A stretch of 64,000 nucleotides of DNA, taken from positions 16,407,204 to 16,471,203 of the forward strand of contig JARDVH010000160.1 in assembly GCA_030324005.1 (NCBI GenBank), read 5' to 3'. Below the pieces are notes generated by a model. The model saw only the letters and a program-made list of their open reading frames with translations, was not told the origin of the DNA and did not search any database. The DNA comes from Negaprion brevirostris. Taxonomy: Eukaryota. Of this stretch, positions 36,705 to 48,750 are shown piece by piece; within the stretch, counting starts at the first letter, position 1, and every line of letters begins with the position of its first letter. The translations under genes were made by a program, and so were the position numbers.

Positions 36705-39700
36705 GAGTTCAGGATCTGTTACTGGTGTACAGGTGAAAGAAAATCAAGCAATTCCCTCAAATATAAGCCAAGAAAACTTGCTGTTCATAATCCCAATCAA
36801 CCATAGAGGGAATGAGTCCATAGAGACCCAATTGTTTAAATAGCAGGTGCGCTAAAGGACGTGTTGGGAGTTCTCCAATGCAGAAGCTAGAATGAAGCAA
36901 CCTATGTAGCTAGAACAATATTCCATTCATATTGCACCTTGCTCAAGGCACAGGTCTAAGAGTATTTTCAAAGCAGAACATTAAATGAGAAAGGTGTATC
37001 CATTGATGCCAAGACTTCCAACTGACAGATGTTAAAATACCCACCGTTTTGCTTTGATCTATAGGTGCTCCTGAAACATATGCTGGCATCAAGCTAACCA
37101 TGTGCTCAGTTAGTTAATCCAGCTTGCCATCCATTTTTAGTGGCGAACTTAATTTTGAAATGGTCTGTTGTATCTTGATTCGTGAACATAAATGTTCCTG
37201 GAAAGATAACTATTTGCTTTACAATTGGAATTTGCATTTTACTATCAGAAAATTATAGCTGAGATCAGGTAACCTTGAAATCTTAAATTTCTAGCAACTG
37301 CACTAACCCCCATTTCTGAGTGGAGGCGTAATGGAAATAATTATCTGGTTGCGTGTAAAACAGACTATACCAGCTCTGTCTTCACTGTCATTGGTACTCC
37401 ACATTGCACAACTTTCTATTGAGGTAGACCATTCCCTCAGTAGCACTCGCCAATAATATATTTAAGAGCCCCAATGTCAAATTAAAGTATACTGAAATCA
37501 GATGGACTGAGGGGCCAGAAGCCTCCTTCACAAAATGCATCTCTGATTGTCTTACCGGAAAATCCACAAACTACAAGTAAATAACTTTCATGCTCTATCA
37601 TTTGCACACAGGCAATTAAAATAGGATTCCTTGAGGCCAACCATGCAAAGAAAAATTGGTGGAGGTATCTCATTACTCAGTGGTCCCAACCCTTGCTTTG
37701 ATGAACAAGACATTAAGTTGGTATCAACAATTTCCTTTTCAGCTAATTTTTTTAACACTACATAAGTTATCACTAACTCTGATTTGAAGTACTAACTTCT
37801 AGTCAATAAACTGTTTAATTAATTGTGGAAATTACCTACACTCAAATGTCTAAACATTCAATGGAATGAATACTCCAGTGTTGCTGTTCATCAAGTTTTC
37901 TGTGCAAGTCAGATATTATTTCTGGACAATGCTAAAAATCGTGAGATAATTTTTTGTGTGGGGGGTGGGGGGATGAAAACAATCCCTTTTCTACCCCACT
38001 GAAGCATAGCAAGTTGGAATCTAGCCCATTTTTGGAACCTAGCCCATTTTTGTATATACTGTGTTTATTTCTGCATGTGATTGTATTTACGTGGGATATG
38101 GTAGCATTGAGATTGTAGTTCACAAGACATGATGCTGCACATTCCAAGAGCCACTCATCAAGCTTCTTTTCAAAACTGGTGTGTCAGCTGGAGGAATGAT
38201 GGCATCATTTTCAAGAGACCCATCAGGGTCATTGGCAAGGCTCCTCTCTGTGGATTAATATTTGATACTAACTTAATTTTACACAAAAAAAAGAGACATT
38301 GAAAGAAAAAATCCATGGTGACTACAGCAATGAACTAAGTGATGTCAGTGCCATAGTCAGGTGATTTGTGTTCTGTGACAGAGACTTATTATTGGTCATC
38401 TGCTCTCATTTGATTGACACATGATCTGTGTAAATATTTACCATGGCTGTGGATCTGAGGGCAGCTGGAGTAATTTCCTTGGATCTTGCCTGGAAGATCA
38501 AAGTTACAGTGTGGTGTGGAAGAAGCTCCAGAGAAAGTTGTTGAGAGTTTCCTCCACCTGATTCCATTTTAAATGGCAAGTCTATTTTAAGTGATTGATG
38601 AAGAATCTGGAACTTCACAACATTAATATCAATGAGCCATGAAGGTGGAGCTTGAGCAGCTTATAATCATAGGCAGCGATGACATTATTGTCTTGAAGAC
38701 ACCACCAGGATTTTATTTGGACATATAATACTTACGGTTGGTAGTGACAACATTATTTCAGTTCTTCACTGACAATGTTAGGAATCATGGTGGATATTGA
38801 GAGTGAAAGCAAAATAACCACAAAAATTAAAGGATAAATAATTGTTACAATCATATTTGTTCTATTGCGCTATGATTCTAAATTGGTTGTTTTCTTCTGG
38901 AACTAATTTTCCCTAAATATTAAGGATTTCTGTCATACCAGCTGTGCTAATTACATTGAGGTTGTGGTCTACTTAACTGGATAATGATTTTAAAATGTAA
39001 ACTGCTTCTTGTTGTTATACATTTTAATTTACCATGTGCTTTGAAATATTGTAGGAAAAAACAGGTGTTTTGTAATGTGTTATGAGGGTGAAAGTGTATA
39101 TATATTATATATATATAGAGCTGTAAACAAAATAATTGAAAAGTAGAAAATAGTTCATGAATTTTAGATTCAGGTTATTTACAGAAGTATTAACTTGTGA
39201 GGAAATGACTCTGATAAGCAATTGATTTAAATCCCTTACTTGCCAGCTCGTTCAGAGTAAAAGGTGATGAAGTGTGAAAAGCTTTAGTAACAAAACCCTG
39301 ACTCTACAAGGTTTTCAATTCTTGTTTTGTGTGTTTAAAGTACTGATCCTGACTTTTTCAGGTTCCATTTTATGCGGTGTTCTGCGAAACTCGCTACAAT
39401 TTTTTTTATAAAACACAAGCTGCCTGGCTTCTGAATGCTGTTATAAATGAGGTGGAGTTTACACTGTAAAATCCAGGTTTATTGCATCAATATCAGCCTA
39501 ATTCAATCCACCTGGATTTTATCCTGCCTACAATAGAGTTCTGAACATGGAAAGTCTTTGAAAGAATTGATAGCTCTCCATGAAAAGTTATCACCTATTC
39601 TCTGGAATACATTGTGCTACCAAAAAAAGACTTTGGGACACCAACCACTTAATTATGTCAACTGTATCAAATTGAATTACAACGTAAGAACAAATGTAAT

Positions 39701-40540
39701 ATTTGAAATGACTTTGCTGCCTACTTTTTCTAATTCTTAATTTGTTGTGGACGATCCAAATGTAATTGTTTGGAAATTATACTGAGTGTCTGTTCAAAGC
39801 AGCAGTGTGTACTGATAAAAGTCATGGTTTCACTGTTCCATTGTCTGTCCCCACTGATACCAAACTTGTGTTCAACTGCAATAATGGAGTGGCTCACAAG
39901 TGCAATAATGACACAGGAACATTTACAGAATTAGCCTTTCACTAGTCTATATAACCATTCCAGGCCTTTGCAAATTATGCCAGCAAGGGACTTTTGTGGA
40001 ATAATAGATACAACTTGGGACCAATTCCTCTTCCATGACTTTTCTTAAATTGAATTTTGATGCCAGTATAAGTCAATTAAACATCCGCTGGAAAATGATG
40101 TCTATGATCGTCATCTTAGGTACTTTTGAGTCAAATGTGGTTGCAGATAAATGATTCAAAGCAGGTTTACATGATTTGGAATTAGCTAGCTATGCAGAAG
40201 GACTTGCTGTTTGGTTGAGTAAATTATCTAATTTTTTGACAGAAAATTATTTAGTTGAAATGCAAGCACCTATGTGGACAGTAATAAGAACTGGCAAGAA
40301 ACGGGATAATTTACTAAATATAACCCATTAAAAATGGGTCATTGTTGATTCAAAATATGCATTTTTACAGTTTTTTTTTACATTTTGACACTGGCCAGTG
40401 ATTAGTATACTGATCACTGTCCTGGCACAATGCTGCTTTTCAGATTCTCTGTACGGTCACAGTTAATACTGATTCACAAGATGTATTACTGTATATTTAT
40501 ATTGTGTTTTCCAGTGAAATAAATGTCTTTACAGCTTTAA
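36705..40540 (+). other. SCN3B: Candidate non-coding terminal exon (long 3'UTR) of SCN3B
   Basis: Acceptor-like ttttgtgttcaacag| at 36704. The ~3.8 kb stretch has no recognisable SINE/LINE, unlike its flanks, and ends in a TGTA/T-rich tract with AATAAA at 40518-40523. Mammalian SCN3B has a separate long 3'UTR exon. Inferred only. Confidence 0.45.
40518..40523 (+). terminator. Candidate polyadenylation signal for SCN3B
   Basis: AATAAA preceded by tgtattactgtatatttatattgtgtttt, a typical 3'UTR end context. Confidence 0.45.
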
Positions 40541-41452
40541 ACCATGATTGTGTTCCACGAATGTCCCATTAAGGAGGGTTTTAGTTAAAACAAGCTTTAT
40601 TGGGAAATCATTTGAAAATCAAATTGAATATAAAGCAGAAATCCACATGTGGCAGGCTCATGAACCCTCTGTAAAATTAGTTGAGAAGGAGCAAGTTCTG
40701 GATCTGCTCAATTCTTCTGTGGCCCCAAATAACAAGTACATTCTTGAAATATCCAAATAGTTTAAAAAGAAACACCTACCTCTGGAGGCACAAAAAGCAT
40801 GAGTGTTTCTTAACTTCACAATTGCTGAGATTATCCACTCCCGTTCCAACTCTAATCCCACCTTTGACCCGATTTGTCTGTCAATGGAGGCCACAAGATT
40901 GAACTTCAGGTGACCCCAGACCTCTAGTGGACTAAATGTCTGCAGTGTCACGTTTGGGTCCAAAATCAATCCGGACAACTATCAGGTCCATAATTTATTT
41001 AAAATGTTTCTAACATTCTACGGTATGTCTCCAAAAAGCTTAGGTGTTGGGATCCTCAGCTTCCTGAAGGTTCCAGAAGATATACAGCACAGGAACGGGC
41101 CATTCAGCCCGACCAGTCTACACTGGTGATTATGCTCAAGCTGAGCCTCCTCCCACCTTTTCTCATCTAAAATCTACCATCATAACCATTTCCCTTTCAT
41201 TACTTCTTGTGAGTTAGCGAGATGAAGAGATTCGATCTGCTTGCAGTCTGTAGCTCACAGCATCAATCTGAACCTACAACTCTCAGAATTTGAATTTATT
41301 TTGACAGCAATCAGGTCATCTCCAGAACATGCTGAAACTTGTCATTTTTAAGCCTTATATTTCCTTCCTTTTTGGCTAACCATAGCAAATTGTGGATTGA
41401 GAAGAACAAACGCCAGGAAAATAATTAGAAGCGAAGAACAAATTTAAGTACA

Positions 41453-41770
41453 TCATAGAATCCCTACAATGCAGGAGGTGGCCATTCGACCCATCGAGTC
41501 TGCACCAACCACAATTCCATCCAGGACTTTTCTCCATTACCCTACTTACTTACCCCTCCCTGACACTAAGAGGCAACTTAGCATGACCAATCAATCTAAC
41601 CTGCACATCTTTGAAATGTGGGAGGAAACCAGAGTAGCCGGAGGAAATCCACGCAGATACAAGGAGAATGGGCAAACTTCACACAGCCAGTCACTCAAGG
41701 TTGGAACAGACCCCAGGTTCCTGGCACTGTGAGGCAGCAGTGCTAACCACTGCCCCACCATGCTGTCCAG
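41453..41770 (-). mobile_element. HE1-like SINE
   Basis: catagaatccctacaatgcaggagg...gaggcagcagtgctaaccact. Confidence 0.88.
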
Positions 41771-41929
41771 CAAGCCAAGTGATATGCTAGCATTTGTTGT
41801 AAAAGAGGAAGTTCTGATGTAATTATATAGGGTTTTGGTGGGACCACACGTGGAACACCATGCACAGTGCTTGCTCTAGAGTCAATTATAAAGGATATAA
41901 AGGACACCTAGAAAATATCAATGGGATTA

Positions 41930-43200
41930 GACAAAGTCAACATGGATTTCTGAAAGGGAAGTCATGTTTGAAAAGCTTACTGGAGCTTTCTTGAGCATGT
42001 AACAAATAAAATAGATAAGGGTGAAACATGGATAAGGTATATTTGGATTTTCGGAAAGCTTTTGATAAAGTCCCACCTATGATGTTAGTGTGCACGTGAT
42101 TACGGGTAATATATTAACATGGATTGAGAATTGGTTGACAGATAGGACAGGTAGAGTAGGAATAAATGGGTCTTTTTCAAAGTGGCAGGCAATGACTCGT
42201 GAGGTCCCACAGGGATCAGTGTTTGGGCCCCAGCTATTCACAATATACATCAATGATTTGAATGAGGGAAGTAAAATATCTCCAAGTTTGCTGACTGTGG
42301 GAAGGTGAGTGGTGGGGAGGATGTTGAGAGGTTTCAAGGTGATTTAGATAAGTTAAGTGAGTGGGCAAACACATGGCAGATGCAGTATAATGTAGATAAA
42401 TTTAAATTATTTACTTCAGATGGAGAAACAGAGTGGCAGAATATTAATTAAGTGGCAATAGTTTGGGAAATGTTGATATATAAAGAGACTTAGGTGTCCA
42501 AGTACACCAGTCACTGAAATCAAACATGCAGATACAGCAAGCAATTAGGAAGGGAAATGGTATGTGCGCCTTCACTGCAAGACAACTTAAGTATAGGAGC
42601 AAGGATTCATTACTGCAGCTTACAGGGTCTTAGTAAGACCACACCTAGGCTATTGTGTGCAATTTTGGTTTTGTTACCTAAGAAAGGATACACTTACTGG
42701 AGAGATTCATCAGACTGCTTCCTGATTGTCGTATGAGGAGAGTTTGGGTTGACTGGGTCTGAATTAACTGGAATTTAGAAGAATCAGAAGAGATCTAATT
42801 GAAATGTATCTAATTCTGACAAGGTTGTACACACTAGATGCAGGGATATTTTTTCCTCTGGTTGTGGGGCATAGAACAAAGGGTCATAGTCTCAAGATGA
42901 GGGTAGGCCATTTAGGACTGAGATGAGGAGAAACTTATTCACTCAGAGGTTGGAGAATTTGTGAAATTTTCTACCACAGAAGGCTGTCAAGGTCAAGTTA
43001 CTGAATATATTTAAGGAGGAATATATTTAAGGAGGAATATATTTAAGAAGGAATTAGATTTATACACTCTAAAGTTTTCAAAGGGTATGGGGACAACGTG
43101 GGAGCATGACATTGAGATAGCATATCAGCCATGATCATAGTGAATGGTGGACCTGATTCAAAGGGCCAAATGCCCTCTTCCTGTCCCTAATTTTTTCTGT
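41930..43200 (+). mobile_element. CR1 LINE fragment (RT domain to 3' end)
   Basis: QHGFLKGKSCL, YLDFRKAFDKVP and GNILTWIENWLTDR...VPQGSVFGPQLFTIYINDL; degenerate. Confidence 0.92.
43003..43054 (+). repeat. Short tandem repeat (~13 bp unit x3-4) inside CR1
   Basis: gaatatatttaaggag repeated with slight variation. Confidence 0.8.
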
Positions 43201-43389
43201 TTTTAGAAGGACTACAACTAAATTCCTCTAGCTTGATTCCTGGGATAGGAATCATGTATGAGGAGACCTTAAGTAGAGTGGGGGTGTTCTCTGGATTTAG
43301 AACAATGAGAGATGATCTCATTAAAATGGAGTTAAAGTAGAAGATCAACTCGGAGGGTCATATGGCTCATGCTGGTTCTTATTTCATGT

Positions 43390-43565
43390 GTTATGGCCTT
43401 AATATCTCACCCAACAGACTCCACTTCAAGCAATGTTGGATTCCCTCAATATTACGTTGGAGTGTCACCTTATATTCATACACTGAAGCTCCGGATTGAG
43501 ATTTAAATCAATATCCTTGCTACTTAAGAGATAAGAATTCAATCTACTGAATGAAGCTGATCACC
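43390..43565 (-). mobile_element. Old DeuSINE-like (SacSINE/AmnSINE type) fragment; similar piece at ~11840-11935
   Basis: ttccctcaatattacgttggagtgtcacc, resembling ccctcaatactccattggagtgtcagcc; Deu-domain-like by recollection only. Confidence 0.45.
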
Positions 43566-45201
43566 TGACCTGAATTTGTTTTAAAGAATATAAAATATTA
43601 ATATAAACTAAAGCAAAAACTGCTCAACATATTCTGAAGTAACTTCGCTGAACTATACAAGATAAAAGATGACGGAGTTGTTTATTTAGAAAGGTCACCA
43701 AGCTCTGCATGTGACAAATAAAACATTGCTTTTATTGAGTGGTTTTATTTTGTATTTTTCAGTACATGACTGCAGTTGCCGTAGTTCTTTTATCCGATTT
43801 TATTCTCGAAACTGAAAACACTGCATTAAAAAACATTGCAAGCCCTGGAATCATTGCATCATTATTCAAGCCTGGAAGGAAGCTTTGAACGAAAATGATA
43901 AATTTATGCTGCTTATTCAAGTGGAATCTCTTCAGTTCAGTGCACAAGTGTTCTGAGAGGAGGAATAGATGTAAAATATTTTGTTTAAGCTTTATTAATT
44001 TTGGCCTTATTTCTGAAACCTGTACCCTAAGCAAATCTTCTAAGCCCAATTAAAAACACTTGGTTTACTGTTTTGTGCAGATCATACAAACACCTTGCCA
44101 AATACTTCAGTGGAAACATGCACCTTTTCTAGTTCCAAGACTCTATTTAACCAACACCACAGAAGATGATAGATTAATATGAAAGCCTGTTGCTCTATTC
44201 ATTAGGTTTAAATATTTTACACACTCGAGATAAGGAACCCATTCTGAGTCTTATTGACTGCAGCAGGTTATATGAAATCTGCATTCTCCTTCAATGATCT
44301 GATTCCTTCTTTATTTCTTTATGGGGTGTGTGTGTTGGCAGCTATGTCACCATTGCCCTCAATAAGATGGCAGTGAGCTGCCTTCATGAAGTGCTGCAGT
44401 CTCTGTGACTTGCTGGCGAAGATGCAAAACAAAGCAGTCCATAATCAGAGTGATTGTCTGATCAATTAGATATTTAATCTCCCTCTTCCCTTTCAAAATA
44501 TACTAAGATTCCAAGGGCCACTTGGAGAAGTAACGAGAAATATGTTGACTGAAAATTGTAAAGCTGGGGGAAGTGCAGGATGTGTTTGAGGCAAATAGTT
44601 TAGATACTTCCAAAACAAAACTGGATGAGTAGATGATAGAAAAAGGAATTGAAAGATACGCTGAAAGATTGAGACATGGCAGATGGAAGGAGAGACACTT
44701 CTACAGTGTTAACACCAAGACAGAACAGGGGGCAGAATCACCTGTTCCTGTATACAGTTTTCAGTAATTCCATGCTACTCATCAGCTGAGAAAGATCTCT
44801 CCTGTATTTTGAGTCATAGAGGTGAACAGCACAGATTTTTTTTTGTTAAGATTATTTAATGTGGGCCAGGTATAATTGCCACTTCAGATGCAAAGTGATT
44901 TCAGCAGGAAATCATCCAGCAATAGGGATAATAACTTAATAATGGGGATTTTGGTGAACAAGGAGGAAAAGTAGGTCAGTAGAGAGGGAGGGAGTGCTTA
45001 AGCACATCTACAGCTGCAGAGGTATCGCAGCAAACTCAAGGTCAAGGAATACAGGCAGTTTTGAGAGTGTATTTATAAGTGGAACCACATGGAACATATT
45101 CCTGTAATTTATATCAGCAGACTCCATTCTATGGTATGAAAGAAAAGTATTTGTGCCAACTTAATATATATTTAATAGATTTGCCTCTTGACATTATCTC
45201 C

Positions 45202-45414
45202 CGTTATATATATGAGATGTTTTGACCAGTAGTACTAACAAAAGAAATGATAAGGTGCCACACTGTGTTTTAAACCAACTCAATGCAATTTTATTTAAGA
45301 GCTGTTGCCAGATTGAAGTCCAACATGGGAGAGAGATAAAATCCTGCGAATGCCTCTGGTCGCAGCACATCAATGGACTAATCGCAGAGTTGCACTGCTT
45401 TCCAGTACATAACA
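45202..45414 (-). repeat. 3' LTR of Gypsy element
   Basis: (c)gttatat...tacataaca termini, adjacent to the PPT. Confidence 0.85.
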
Positions 45415-46755
45415 TCCCTCCCTTTTACTTTAGTAGTATGACAACAAAACATTTAAACATTAATGATTACCCATCATTATCAAGTATTGTTATCTACATA
45501 CGTGCAATTAATATAAGTGTCTTTTTGGTGGACATCAATTTTATTTTGATAAGATATGGCTTTCCAAAGTCTGACCTCTGACATCCTCGGGAGCCTGACA
45601 GATCAGCGCATGCACAGTGGGCCGCTCAGCTCTATGTTGCTGGTCTCTCCAGCGGGAAAGGCCCTGTCCTCTGATTTTTCATGCAATTCTCACTCGTGCA
45701 CACTGCAAGATTTGGGAGATTTATTTTGAAACTCTGGCTGAAAAAAACCAGCATGATTTACTCCAGTTTTTAAGCAAATTTGACATTTAGAACGTTTTTG
45801 GGAGAATGGTCCCCAATATACTAATGTATATTGGTATACACTGAGATTTGATTTTGTCCTGAAAAGACAATCTCATGCTGTTCTGATCTCTGATTCTTGA
45901 TCTCGTAATTATGTGCTGACAATATCAATGCCCTCTTTGTAAATGACTTGTCGTTAATGATAGAATTCCCTGGTATGGGCCAAAAATGGTTGTCAATGGC
46001 CTGTGGTTGGTCAACAAAGTAGATTGTCTGCCATACAGGTACTGGTGAAATCGTTTAATGCCAAAAAGGTTGTTGAGCGCTTCTTTCTCAAGGTGTGCAT
46101 AGTTTTCTTCCTCACTCGATAATGATCGAGACGCAAACGCTATTGGCTGTTCCTCTCCAATTGCTATGAGACGCAACAGTACCCTTCCCATAGGATAATG
46201 CATAGAGTAATACATCACATGCTAGTTGAATTTTCAACTCTGGGTGGACAAATACCTCGGATTGCTGGAGCACATTTTTAATTCCTTTATACGCACTTTC
46301 ACACTCTTTCAACCAATTCCATTGTTGGTTAGCACACAAAGTACGAAGTGGCTTTCATAGTATTGCAAGATTTAGGATTAACTTCCCACAATAATTGATT
46401 TGGCCCAAAAGTGATCACGACTGTGACATGTTCTGTAGTCTTGGCACTTCTAGATTACTGCCATTTTCTTACATTCTTTGTGGAGGCCATACTTGTCTGT
46501 TGTTACATGACCCAGATAGTTGATGGATGATTTGAAAAACATCACATTTTTCTTTCTTCACATGTTCCAGATGCTCCAGTATTTACTCTAAGTTGTGTAA
46601 ATGTTCAGCTCTGCATGTGATTAGAATGTTGTCCAAATAACACTGGACACCACTTAAGATTTGGTCCTATTGATTTCTGGAATATTGTCAGTGCCAATGT
46701 TATTCCAAATGGTAGGTGCTTATGTTGGAACAATCCCTTGTGAATAACAATTCTT

Positions 46756-46909
46756 GATGAAGAGATGCCAGCGTTGGACTGGGGTAAACACAGTAAGAAG
46801 TGTGTGCCTTTATATGCTCTGTTTGTGATCAGAACTCTCCACTCACTTGACGAAGGAACAGCGTTCCGAAATCTAGTGGCGTTTACTACCAAATAAACCT
46901 GTCGGACAG
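46756..46909 (+). mobile_element. Family A Penelope-derived element (non-palindromic form) nested in the Gypsy RT
   Basis: Exact 11-bp TSD taacaattctt at 46745-46755 and 46910-46920. Removing it restores the RT segment LLRIVIHKGLF. Carries CAC tTGACGA A GGAAC AGC GTTCC GAAA TCT A GTG. Confidence 0.8.
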
Positions 46910-48254
46910 TAACAATTCTTAACAGTGGTTGCAGCTCAGTTGTCACCCTCATTTGGAAGTATGCCTTGGGCAAGTTTATCTTGCTGAACTGTTGACCACC
47001 AACCAGTCCAGCAAAGAGGCCCCCGATTAGTAGCAAGGGGTACTGGTCGCCACGCAGTACTGGATTTATCGTTGTCAGAAAGTCCTCACAGATATGTACA
47101 AAACCATCAGATTTAATANNNNNNNNNNNNNNNNNNNNNNNNNNNNNNNNNNNNNNNNNNNNNNNNNNNNNNNNNNNNNNNNNNNNNNTTTGGTTTAATT
47201 GCATTAGGCACAGTTCTTGTCTTGAAACATCTTAGGTTGCTATCAGGTTTTATCTTAAGCTTTGCCTCCACTCCAATCATGGATCCCAGGATATTCTTGA
47301 ACACTTTTGTATATTTCTCCAGAAGTCTTGGTGCCATGTTCTTGCTGAAAACTAATTGTTAATTCCTCCCCAGTTCAGCTTGATTTTGTGTAACCGTGCT
47401 CTTCCAAAGATTGCAGGAAAATTTCCCTTTACTACGTAAGAGGCAATTTTGCTGTTTGACCAACAGGTTTTACTTGAACCATGATATATCCTTTCAGCGG
47501 AATTACCTCCACAGTATAGGTTTGCAGGATTACATTTGGCAGTTTATTAAAAAGTATTTAAGCTTCAGATTGTATATGTTTTCTGGAAGAAGTGATATAG
47601 CAGCTCCCAAGTTTACTTCTTGTCCATTTAACTTTGGATAAACCCAGAACTTTTGTGTATCGTCTTTCATGGATAGGGCACCTAGCTTCAGTTCTTGGAT
47701 CTTTTCTAGTTCGGTATCATCTTGGAAATTTTTGTCCTCATCAGATATTTTGTAGACCCCTTTGTTTTAGATCATGTGTTCTTGCATTTGCAGGGTCGGA
47801 GAAGTCTGTCAAATCCTACATGCCCTAGTTATGTGGTCTTTCTTGCCACAGCTTCTACATTTATTTTCTCTACACAAGATTCATGTGGAGTGGCCCGCCT
47901 CAGCACACGTATGGCATGCTTGCATTTTAAGAGATTTCTTCTTGTCCGCTCCTACCTTGTGTACTTTGGCTCCAGCTCCAATTTTGGCAGCTTGTTATGG
48001 CCAATTCCATGGACACCACAATATCAATCGCAAGTTTTAGTGTTAAAAGAGCTTTCGATTAGCAAACCTCTTTTAATTGCTTCATTTCGAAGTCCACAAA
48101 TAAGTCTCTTTCACAGAGTGTTTTTGAGAGTTGAGCCAAACTCACAGTTTTTCACTTTCACCTTCCCCCCCCCGTTGCCAGTTTTATCTTTAACAACTGA
48201 GTTTTCATTGAAGATCCTTCTGAAAAACCTCATCATCGCCAGTCTTTATCTTGT

Positions 48255-48471
48255 TGTTATATATTAGATGTTTTGACTGGTAGTAGTAACAAGACAAAAT
48301 ATAATAAGGTGCCACATTGTGGGTTTTGAACCAACACAATGCAGATTTATTTAAGAGCTGTTGCCAGATTGAAGTCCAACATGGAAGAGTGATAAAATCC
48401 CTTGAATGCTTCTTGTGACATCACAGCACATCATGTAACTAAACACACAAAGATGCATTGCTTTCCAATAC
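48255..48471 (-). repeat. 5' LTR of Gypsy element
   Basis: Diverged direct repeat of 45202-45414, adjacent to the PBS-like motif. Confidence 0.8.
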
Positions 48472-48509
48472 TTGCCATTGAAGTTTCATTGCACTCCCAT
48501 TCTTAATTG

Positions 48510-48750
48510 GAGAGGCAGTGGCGAAAGTAATATTGTTACTGGACTAGTAATCCAGAAACCCAGAGTAATTGCTCTGAGGATTCAGATTTCAATCCTTCCA
48601 GGGCAGGCGTTGAAATTAAAATTCAGTAGAAAAATTTGGAATGAAAGTCTAACAATGACATTGAAACCACTGCCGGTTTGTAAAATGCCACCTTGTTCAC
48701 AAATGTCCTTTAGGGAAGGAAATCTATCATCCTTATCTGGTCTGGCCAAC
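48510..48750 (+). mobile_element. Second tRNA-derived SINE family; reverse copy at ~49755-50095
   Basis: gcagtggc...ctggactagtaatccaga...tcctttagggaaggaaatct matches the reverse copy agatttccttccctaaagga...ggattactaatccagt. Confidence 0.7.

Larger units (their letters stand above)
45202..48471 (-). mobile_element. Degenerate Ty3/Gypsy (Mag-like) LTR retrotransposon with both LTRs; integrase region largely deleted
   Basis: Direct repeats at 45202-45414 and ~48255-48471 share gagctgttgccagattgaagtccaacatgg. The PPT (minus AAAAGGGAGGGA, 45415-45426) abuts the 3' LTR TGTTA, and a PBS-like TGGCGATGATGAGG lies at 48228-48241. Minus-strand remnants include RT (KSDGFVHICEDF...DQYPL...FSKINLPKAYFQM...KGLFQHKHLPFGI) and RNase H (EQPIAFASRSLSSEEENYAHLEKEAL...FGIKRFHQYLYGR). 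Frameshifts and stops are present. Confidence 0.92.

Noticed and set aside
47722-48267. 181-aa plus-strand ORF
   Set aside because: Antisense to the degenerate Gypsy gag region.
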